Positions 1 through 10,300 of a stretch of DNA of 64,000 nt are shown here, one piece after another (the stretch's first letter is position 1; every line of letters begins with the position of its first letter). This DNA comes from Balanoglossus misakiensis (lineage: Eukaryota; Animalia; Hemichordata). Below the pieces are notes generated by a model that was not told the DNA's origin, did not search any database, and saw nothing but the letters and a program-made list of their open reading frames with translations. The stretch lies in NCBI GenBank assembly GCA_040954595.2, contig CM082595.2, positions 1 to 64,000 of the forward strand. The letters run 5' to 3'. Position numbers and translations under genes: made by a program.

Positions 1-1765
1 ACCCTAACCCTAACCCTAACCCTAACCCTAACCCTAACCCTAACCCTAACCCTAACCCTAACCCTAACCCTAACCCTAACCCTAACCCTAACCCTAACCC
101 TAACCCTAACCCTAACCCTAACCCTAACCCTAACCCTAACCCTAACCCTAACCCTAACCCTAACCCTAACCCTAACCCTAACCCTAACCCTAACCCTAAC
201 CCTAACCCTAACCCTAACCCTAACCCTAACCCTAACCCTAACCCTAACCCTAACCCTAACCCTAACCCTAACCCTAACCCTAACCCTAACCCTAACCCTA
301 ACCCTAACCCTAACCCTAACCCTAACCCTAACCCTAACCCTAACCCTAACCCTAACCCTAACCCTAACCCTAACCCTAACCCTAACCCTAACCCTAACCC
401 TAACCCTAACCCTAACCCTAACCCTAACCCTAACCCTAACCCTAACCCTAACCCTAACCCTAACCCTAACCCTAACCCTAACCCTAACCCTAACCCTAAC
501 CCTAACCCTAACCCTAACCCTAACCCTAACCCTAACCCTAACCCTAACCCTAACCCTAACCCTAACCCCCCTAACCCTAACCCTAACCCTAACCCTAACC
601 CTAACCCTAACCCTAACCCTAACCCTAACCCTAACCCTAACCCTAACCCTAACCCTAACCCTAACCCTAACCCTAACCCTAACCCTAACCCTAACCCTAA
701 CCCTAACCCTAACCCTAACCCTAACCCTAACCCTAACCCTAACCCTAACCCTAACCCTAACCCTAACCCTAACCCTAACCCTAACCCTAACCCTAACCCT
801 AACCCTAACCCTAACCCTAACCCTAACCCTAACCCTAACCCTAACCCTAACCCTAACCCTAACCCTAACCCTAACCCTAACCCTAACCCTAACCCTAACC
901 CTAACCCTAACCCTAACCCTAACCCTAACCCTAACCCTAACCCTAACCCTAACCCTAACCCTAACCCTAACCCTAACCCTAACCCTAACCCTAACCCTAA
1001 CCCTAACCCTAACCCTAACCCTAACCCTAACCCTAACCCTAACCCTAACCCTAACCCTAACCCTAACCCTAACCCTAACCCTAACCCTAACCCTAACCCT
1101 AACCCTAACCCTAACCCTAACCCTAACCCTAACCCTAACCCAACCCAACCCAACCCCAACCCCAACCCCAACCCCAACCCCAACCCCAACCCTAACCCTA
1201 ACCCTAACCCTAACCCTAACCCTAACCCTAACCCTAACCCTAACCCTAACCCTAACCCTAACCCTAACCCTAACCCTAACCCTAACCCTAACCCTAACCC
1301 TAACCCTAACCCTAACCCTAACCCTAACCCTAACCCTAACCCTAACCCTAACCCTAACCCTAACCCTAACCCTAACCCTAACCCTAACCCTAACCCTAAC
1401 CCTAACCCTAACCCTAACCCTAACCCTAACCCTAACCCTAACCCTAACCCTAACCCTAACCCTAACCCTAACCCCAACCCCAACCCCAACCCCAACCCCA
1501 ACCCCAACCCCAACCCCAACCCCAACCCTAACCCTAACCCTAACCCTAACCCTAACCCTAACCCTAACCCTAACCCTAACCCTAACCCTAACCCTAACCC
1601 TAACCCTAACCCTAACCCTAACCCTAACCCTAACCCTAACCCTAACCCTAACCCTAACCCTAACCCTAACCCTAACCCTAACCCTAACCCTAACCCTAAC
1701 CCTAACCCTAACCCTAACCCTAACCCTAACCCTAACCCTAACCCTAACCCTAACCCTAACCCTAA
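1..1765 (-). repeat. Terminal telomere array (CCCTAA)n, i.e. TTAGGG on the minus strand
   Basis: Continuous CCCTAA hexamers from base 1; CCCCAA variant blocks at about 1139-1190 and 1473-1525; one C-run irregularity near 566. Confidence 0.98.
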
Positions 1766-2887
1766 TTAGGGTCCGACGGGCATTAGGGGACCTGAGATTT
1801 CGGGCTCTGACCCTACTGCCTTGCCAATGTTTTTTTTACCCCTCCTTTTGATACAATGTAGGTAAACGTGTAAACAACAACAACAAAAAATATCAACAAA
1901 AACAAGTTGACCCTTCCATGTTTTTTTAAGGTCAAGTCCCCCAATGCCCAACTTATGTCTGGTTTGGCCAAAAAAAGAGGGTTAGAGAAAATTGTTTGGA
2001 TTTATTTTGTTATCTTTTAGGTTGTTGTTATTGATTTTGGTCCCCTGTCTAACCCCAGCCTTTAAAAAAACCATTTTTAGAAAGGCCAAAAAAATGCCTT
2101 GGTGGGTATATGCAAGTTGCTCCAGACGGCAAGTCCAAATTGTGCATGGACGGATTTCTTGGTAGGTACTTTTAAATTTTACATAAACCATAACAAACTA
2201 TATATTTTCAGAAAGGTCTCGGCGAGTTCTATAACATACTAAAATTTGACCAACTTTGAACTTGACCTTGAAAAGTTATTGCGGAAAAACCTATTGAAAA
2301 AAACATACTTTTTAGGGTACGCGGTGTCACCCCCTTAATATAGTTGGAAACCACTGAAAATTACAGGATAGATTGATAATGAGTTGTTTTAACGTGGTGT
2401 GGTGAAAAAAAATTGAAATTCGAAGGTCAAGGTCAACTTCGCCATTGCTTATAGTTGTTGGTTTACCTATGTCGGATTTCATTATCCTTTGACCTTTGAC
2501 CTCGAAATTTGGTACACAAGTAGAGTGTCTATCTATAAACTCTTGACAAAAGTTACATTTAAATATTTTAACATAAAAGCACTTTTTTGACCAAAAAGCA
2601 AACTTCTGTAAATTAGCTGTAAATTAGCTGTTTTTTAATATACACTTTGCTTTTTTAAGATTATTTTTTTATTTTAAGCATTTCAAAGATGAAACTTTCC
2701 AGAAACCATCAGGAGATGTTCTAGAATATAAAAAAGTTGACACTTTTGAGATTGGACGCCATTAAGTATTCCAAATGTTGTTGCAAAATAGACTGATATA
2801 ATGCCCATAGACTTAACATGTATAAAAACAAAAGAATATTTTTTTTGGACACTTGGACATTAGAGACCCTATCCTAAAATGTAAAAT

Positions 2888-3732
2888 AAAGGAGCTTAAG
2901 AGCTAATTTTTCCAGGAATGATAGACATTTAAATTCTCTATTCTGGGGTACCTTAATATCTAAGAAATGTAGACAAGAAGTTATAAAAATATAATTATGA
3001 AACAAAATGTTTGTGCCCCATAGGCTTTACACTGTAGAAAACAGGGTGTCATAGGTAAAAAATTAGGAAAGTAAGAAAACATGTCATTTAAAGCTTGTAA
3101 TTTTCATAGACTGTTAAGAACATGTTGGCATACTACCTACATTTTTTTAAAGTTGTTACATGTACAGCAATGTCAGTAACTATGGATACAAACTAGGTAA
3201 TTCATAAACCTCATATAGAACTGTAACATCACTTTACTTTTGGCACACCTGTTTATTTATTATTAAAGATTTCACATTGAGTCTTCAATATGTTTTATAG
3301 GAATAGTTGGCAATCTCAAAACAGTTTACACTTTAAAGATAGACCCACTCCAAGTGTTACAGTAGTATTGCAAACATTGGCTAAAACTTACATATTTTCT
3401 GTGTGAAATTTATGAATTACCTAGTTTGTATCAATAGTTTACGGCATTACAGTACAGGTAACATTTTAGAAATAATGTAGGTAGTATCTCAACATGTTCT
3501 TAACAGTCTCTGAAAATTACAAGCTTTAAACAACATGTTTTCATACTTTACTAATTTTTTTACCTATGACACCCTGTTTTCTACAGTGTTAATCCTATGG
3601 GGCACAAACATATTGTTTCATAATTATATTTTTTATAACTTCCTGTTTGAATTTGAAAAACAACATTACCCCTACAGCAAAGAGAATAAAAAGGTGTATC
3701 TATTCTGAAAAAATTAGAACTTAAGCTTCTTT
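2888..3732. repeat. Internal long imperfect inverted repeat (arms about 2888-3208 and 3408-3732, ~200-bp spacer)
   Basis: e.g. GTTTGTGCCCCATAGG...ACACTGTAGAAAACAGGGTGTCATAGGTAAAAAATTAG in the left arm is mirrored by CTAATTTTTTTACCTATGACACCCTGTTTTCTACAGTGT...CCTATGGGGCACAAAC in the right arm. Confidence 0.85.
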
Positions 3733-6236
3733 TGAAAAGATTTTACAGCAATTTCTAAAACTTCAGTGATTCACCCTATACTTTAACATGCATGTAGACA
3801 TAAGATCCACTGTAACATCACTTTACTTTTGGCACACCTGTTTATTTATTCTTAAAGATTTCACATCGGGTCTTCAATATGTTTTAGAGTAATAATTGGC
3901 GATCTCAAAACAGCTTACACGTTAATGATAGACCCACTCCAAGTGTTACAGTAGTGTTGCAAACATTAGCTAAAACTAACATTTTCCCCAAAATCCCTAA
4001 GTAGCTAACCCTACACGCGAAAAAATACCATAACAAATTGTAATCGTTGGCTCTCTGATTTTATTTCTACAATTTTTGGAAAACGGTTTTCAGGGTTAAA
4101 GAGCCAAGATTCTAAGCTTTAAAACGATGTATTGGATTCCTAGATAATTTTTAGAATAAGCATCAAACGAAGCCTTTTATAAAATGTACTTGTCTGCCTT
4201 TTGCCGAAACCCGGAAGTGAGTGCAATTTACGATCGTAATAAATCGTAATCGTTGGCTCTCTGATTTCATTTCTACGATTTTTGGAAAACGGTTTTCATG
4301 GTTACTGAGACCAGAATCTTAGCTCTTGAACGATATATAACATGTGTATATATGTGCAAGATAATTCGTAGTACGAGACCAAGTTCGCATAGATGTCGTC
4401 GATCATTTTATATTTTCACTGTACAATGTCTATGGGCCCTTAGACCAATAAATAGGTATTTTGTTCATCCGCTCATAAAATTTAGAAAAAAGAAGCTACA
4501 ATCCTAGTTTTTTCAGAGTAAATAGATGAATATTATCGCTATCCTCCGGTATCTTCATATCAAATATATTCAAAGAGAAAGTCATAAAAAATATTTTTAG
4601 GATAAAACAGATCGATGCCCCATAGCTTAAACACAGGAAAAAAACATCAATTTACTTTTGGCACACCTATTAATTTATTCTTAAAGATTTCACATCGGGT
4701 CTTCAATATGTTTTAGAGTAATAGTTGGAGATCTCAAAACAGCTTACACTTTAAAGATGGACCCACTCAAAGTGTTACAGTATTCTTGCAAACATTACCT
4801 AGAAACAGTGATTCACCCTATACTTTAACATGCATGTAAACAAAGAATCATTGTATCACCAGATCGCCACGGATTTCGTGCGAGTGCTCCTTTAATTTCA
4901 GCATTTTTAGAGAAAGCTTATTACCGTTAGATAGCCTATATTATAAAGTATTGAACCATGTATAACATGTGTAGAAATGTGCGAGGAAATTCGTAGAATA
5001 CAACATGTTCGCCAGTTTGGCATGAAACCGGAAGTCAAATCGTAATAGCACAATTTTACGAGATCGGCAGCGATTTCGGGCGAGCGCTCGTTTAATTTCT
5101 GCAATCCGAGAAAACAATTATAGTGGTTAGAGACCCAATAATCTTAGCTCTTGAACGATGTATAACATGTGTATATATGTGCGAGATTATTCGTAGAACG
5201 AGAGCAAAATCGCATAGATGTCGTCGATCATTTTATATTTTCAATGTACAAGTCTATGCCCCATAGACATAACATGGCAATTTGTTCATCCACTCATAAA
5301 ATTTAGAAAAAAGAAGCTACAGTCCTAGTTTTTTCAGAGTAAATAGATAAAAATTATCTCTATCCTCTGGTATCTTCATATCAAATATATTCAAAGAGAA
5401 AGTCATAAAAAATGTTATTAGGATAAAACAGATCGGTGCCCCATAGCTTAAACACAGGAAAAAATATGTGTCATAGCTTTTTTTTAAAAAAAATATGAAA
5501 ACATAGGCTTTCATGCCTATTATTTTCAGAGCTTCTTAATGACATGACACAGGACTAGAAAAATAATTTTGAAACTTTTTCCTGCTCATTAATGTCAGAA
5601 ACTACAGGGTTGAAATAGGTCATTTATACCAGAATATTTCCTATACTTTAACATAGAAAACATCACTTTACTTTTGGCACACCTGTTAATTTATTCTTAA
5701 AGATTTCACATCGGGTCTTCAATATGTTTTAGAGTAATAGTTGGCGATATCAAAACAGGTTAAACTTTAAAGATAGACCCACTCAAAGTGTTACAGTAGT
5801 GTTGCAAACATTACCTAGAAACAGTGATTCACCCTATACTTTAACATGCATGTAAACAAAGAATCATTGTATCACCAGATCGCCACGGATTTCGTGCGAG
5901 TGCTCCTTTAATTTCAGCATTTTTAGAGAAAGCTTATTACCGTTAGATAGCCTATATTCTAAGGTATTGAACCATGTATAACATGTGTAGAAATGTGCGA
6001 GGAAATTCGTAGAATACAACATGTTCGCCAGTTTGGCATGAAACCGGAAGTCAAATCGTAATTGCACAATTTTACGAGATCGGCAGCGATTTCGGGCGAG
6101 CGCTCGTTTAATTTCTGCTTTTCGAGAAAACAATTATAGCGGTTAGAGACCCAATAATCTTAGCTCTTGAACGATGTATAACATGTGTATATATGTGCGA
6201 GATTATTCGTAGAACGAGAGCAAAATCGCATAGATG
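3220..6236 (+). repeat. Internal direct-repeat modules of the telomere-embedded element
   Basis: A ~165-bp module (ACATCACTTTACTTTTGGCACACC...AAGTGTTACAGTAGT...GCAAACATT) recurs at about 3220, 3809, 4644 and 5658; 4644-5220 is duplicated at 5658-6236; 4297-4643 is duplicated at 5123-5463. Confidence 0.85.
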
Positions 6237-6600
6237 AGGTGTGAAAAAAACAATTTTTAAAAAAGGTCATTTTCAACAAATTATATGTTTTGTTTGATAG
6301 CCTATAAAAAAATAAGTTGAGTGTGGTTGAGTATGATTTTTTAATTGTTGTAAAAGGAGAAGATTTGCTCTCTAAAACTGTTTTCAGAATGAAAATCGGA
6401 CATCATTAAGCAGTCAAAAAAAATTATTGAAAAAGTATGGAAAATAAATATTTTCAAATAAACTTTTTTGTATCAAAAAAAATAATAAACTAAAGTTAAC
6501 TAGCTAAAGGTATGTATTAATGATAGATGTATGAATTGAAACCAAATAAGGGACTTACCCACTTGACCTTGACCTAACCACGCCTAAAAAAAAAAAATTC

Positions 6601-6825
6601 GGGTCCCCTAATGCCCAACTTATGACGTAAGTTGGGCATTGTGAGACTTGATATTGGGCATTCGGGGACTTGAAGTTGGGCATTCGGGGACTTGAAGTTG
6701 GGCATTGAGGGACTTGAAGTTGGGCATTAGGGGACTCAGGTCCCTCAATGCCCAACTTCAGGTCCCCGAATGCCCAACTTCAGGTCCCTCAATGCCCAAC
6801 TTCAGGTCCCCGAATGCCCACCGGA
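6601..6825. repeat. Palindromic array of 21-22-bp subterminal motifs
   Basis: One reverse copy at ~6603, five forward copies of GTTGGGCATTNGGGGACTTGAA-like units (6630-6736), then four inverted CAGGTCCCNNAATGCCCAACTT units (6737-6820), the last forming the TIR. Confidence 0.9.
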
Positions 6826-6831
6826 CCCTAA

Positions 6832-7398
6832 CCCTAACCCTAACCCTAACCCTAACCCTAACCCTAACCCTAACCCTAACCCCTAACCCCTAACCCTAAC
6901 CCTAACCCTAACCCTAACCCTAACCCTAACCCTAACCCCTAACCCTAACCCTAACCCTAACCCTAACCCTAACCCCAACCCCAACCCCAACCCCAACCCC
7001 AACCCCAACCCTAACCCTAACCCTAACCCTAACCCTAACCCTAACCCTAACCCTAACCCTAACCCTAACCCTAACCCTAACCCCTAACCCTAACCCTAAC
7101 CCTAACCCTAACCCTAACCCTAACCCTAACCCTAACCCTAACCCTAACCCCTAACCCCTAACCCTAACCCTAACCCTAACCCTAACCCTAACCCTAACCC
7201 TAACCCTAACCCTAACCCCTAACCCTAACCCCTAACCCTAACCCTAACCCTAACCCTAACCCTAACCCTAACCCTAACCCTAACCCTAACCCTAACCCTA
7301 ACCCCTAACCCTAACCCTAACCCTAACCCTAACCCTAACCCTAACCCTAACCCTAACCCTAACCCTAACCCTAACCCTAACCCTAACCCTAACCCTAA
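6832..7398 (-). repeat. Inner (interstitial) telomere array, same orientation as the terminal one
   Basis: ~570 bp of CCCTAA with several CCCCTAA variants and a CCCCAA block at about 6974-7008. Confidence 0.97.
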
Positions 7399-10300
7399 CG
7401 GCGCGGTGAATCTGGGCCAAGTTGCCGGCGACTTCCTGTCGTAACGGCGCGGTGAATCTGGGCCAAGTTGCCGGCGACTTCCTGTCGTAACGGCGCGGTG
7501 AATCTGGGCCAAGTTGATGGCGACTTCCGGTCGTAACGGCGTGAATCTTGGCCAAGTTGCCGCCGACTTCCGGTCGTAACGGCGAGTTGAATCTTGGCCA
7601 AGTTGCCGGCGACTTCCGGTCGGAACGGCGCAGTGAATCCGGGCCAAGTTGCGGCGACTTCCGGTCGTAAAGGCGTGGTGAATCTGGGCCAAGTTGCCGG
7701 CGACTTCCTGTCATAACGGCGCGGTGAATCTGGGCCAAGTTGCCGGCGACTTCCTGTGGTAACGGCGCGGTGAATCTGGGCCAAGTTGATGGCGACTTCC
7801 GGTCGTAACGGCGCAGTGAATCCGGGCCAAGTTGCGGCGACTTCCTGTCGTAACGGCGTGGTGAATCCAGGCCAAGTTGCCGGCGACTTCCGGTCGTAAC
7901 GGCGCGGTGAATCTGGGCCAAGTTGCCGGAGACTTCCTGTGAATTCGGGCCAAGTTGCCGGCGACTTCCGGTCGTAACGGCGCGGTGAATCTGGGCCAAG
8001 TTGCCGGCGACTTCCGGTCGTAACGGCGCGGTGAATCTGGGCCTAGTTGCCGGCAACTTCCGGTCGTAACGGCGCAAGAATCTGGGCCAAGTTGCCGGAG
8101 ACTTCCTGTGAATCCAGGCCAAGTTGCCGGCGACTTCCGGTCGTAACGGCACGGTGAATCTGGGCCAAGTTGCCGGCGACTTCCGGTCGTAACGGCGCGG
8201 TGAATCTGGGCCAAGTTGCCGGCGACTTCCGGTCGTAAAGGCGCAAGAATCTGGGCCAAGTTGCCGGAGACTTCCTGTGAATCCGGGCCAAGTTGCGGCG
8301 ACTTCCGGTCGTAACGGTGCGGTAAATCAGGGCCAAGTTGCCGGCGACTTCCGGTGGTAACGGCGCGGTGATTCTGGGCCAAGTTGCCGGCGACTTCCGG
8401 TGGTAACGGCGCGGTGAATCTGGGCCAAGTTGCCGGCGACTTCCGGTCGTAACGGCGCAAGAATCTGGGCCAAGTTGCCGGAGACTTCCTGTGAATCCGG
8501 GCCAAGTTGCGGCGACTTCCGGTCGTAACGGCGCTGTGAATCTGGGCCAAGTTGCCGGCGACTTCCGGTCGTAACGGCGCAAGAATCTGGGCGAAGTTGC
8601 CGGCGACTTCCGGTGGTAACGGCGCGGTGAATCTGGGCCAAGTTGCCGGCGACTTCCGGTCGTAACGGCGCAAGAATCTGGGCCAAGTTGCCGGAGACTT
8701 CCTCTGAATCCGGGCCAAGTTGCGGCGACTTCCGGTCGTAACAGCGCGGTGAATCAGGGCCAAGTTGCCGGCGACTTCCGGTGGTAACGGCGCGGTGAAT
8801 CTGGGCCATTTTGCCGGCGACTTCCGGTCGTAACGGCGCAAGAATCTGGGCCAAGTTGCCGGGGACTTCCTGTGAATCCGGGCCAAGTTGCGGCAACTTC
8901 CGGTCGTAACGGCGCGGTGAATCAGGGCCAAGTTGCCGGCGACTTCCGGTGGTAACGGCGCGGTGAATCTGGGCCAAGTTGCCGGCGACTTCCTGTCGTA
9001 ACGGCGCGGTGAATCTGGGCCAAGTTGCCGGCGACTTCCTGTCGTAACGGCGCGGTGAATCTGGGCCAAGTTGATGGCGACTTCCGGTCGTAACGGCGTG
9101 AATCTTGGCCAAGTTGCCGCCGACTTCCGGTCGTAACGGCGAGTTGAATCTTGGCCAAGTTGCCGGCGACTTCCGGTCGGAACGGCGCAGTGAATCCGGG
9201 CCAAGTTGCGGCGACTTCCGGTCGTAAAGGCGTGGTGAATCTGGGCCAAGTTGCCGGCGACTTCCTGTCGTAACGGCGCGGTGAATCTGGGCCAAGTTGC
9301 CGGCGACTTCCTGTGGTAACGGCGCGGTGAATCTGGGCCAAGTTGATGGCGACTTCCGGTCGTAACGGCGCAGTGAATCCGGGCCAAGTTGCGGCGACTT
9401 CCTGTCGTAACGGCGTGGTGAATCCAGGCCAAGTTGCCGGCGACTTCCGGTCGTAACGGCGCGGTGAATCTGGGCCAAGTTGCCGGAGACTTCCTGTCGT
9501 AACGGCGCGGTGAATCTGGGCCAAGTTGCCGGCGACTTCCTGTGGTAACGGCGCGGTGAATCTGGGCCAAGTTGATGGCGACTTCCGGTCGTAACGGCGC
9601 AGTGAATCCGGGCCAAGTTGCGGCGACTTCCTGTCGTAACGGCGTGGTGAATCCAGGCCAAGTTGCCGGCGACTTCCGGTCGTAACGGCGCGGTGAATCT
9701 GGGCCAAGTTGCCGGAGACTTCCTTTGAACCCGGGCCAAGTTGCCGGCGACTTCCGGTCGTAACGGCGCGGTGAATCTGGGCCTAGTTGCCGGCAACTTC
9801 CGGTCGTAACGGCGCAAGAATCTGGGCCAAGTTGCCGGAGACTTCCTGTGAATCCAGGCCAAGTTGCCGGCGACTTCCGGTCGTAACGGCACGGTGAATC
9901 TGGGCCAAGTTGCCGGCGACTTCCGGTCGTAACGGCGCGGTGAATCTGGTCCAAGTTGCCGGCGACTTCCGGTCGTAAAGGCGCAAGAATCTGGGCCAAG
10001 TTGCCGGAGACTTCCTGTGAATCCGGGCCAAGTTGCGGCGACTTCCGGTCGTAACGGTGCGGTAAATCAGGGCCAAGTTGCCGGCGACTTCCGGTGGTAA
10101 CGGCGCGGTGATTCTGGGCCAAGTTGCCGGCGACTTCCGGTGGTAACGGCGCGGTGAATCTGGGCCAAGTTGCCGGCGACTTCCGGTCGTAACGGCGCGG
10201 TGAATCTGGGCCAAGTTGCCGGCGACTTCCGGTCGTAAAGGCGCAAGAATCTGGGCCAAGTTGCCGGAGACTTCCTGTGAATCCGGGCCAAGTTGCGGCG

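Larger units (their letters stand above)
1766..6831. mobile_element. Telomere-embedded 5.07-kb non-coding element with 30-bp terminal inverted repeats (putative non-autonomous DNA transposon / foldback element)
   Basis: Left end TTAGGGTCCGACGGGCATTAGGGGACCTGA (1766-1795) matches the reverse complement of 6802-6831 (TTAGGGTCCGGTGGGCATTCGGGGACCTGA) at 27/30; telomere repeats on both sides; subterminal copies of the TIR motif; modular AT-rich interior; no ORF over 90 aa. Confidence 0.8.

Noticed and set aside
1760-1771. CCCTAA-TTAGGG as a chromosome end-to-end fusion site
   Set aside because: Fusions read (TTAGGG)n-(CCCTAA)n; here the order is reversed, only one TTAGGG is present and it belongs to the TIR.
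1766-6831. Telomerase RNA gene or telomeric retrotransposon
   Set aside because: No RT/endonuclease ORF or poly(A) tail, and no isolated template with recognisable flanking structure; inverted ends point to a DNA-type element.
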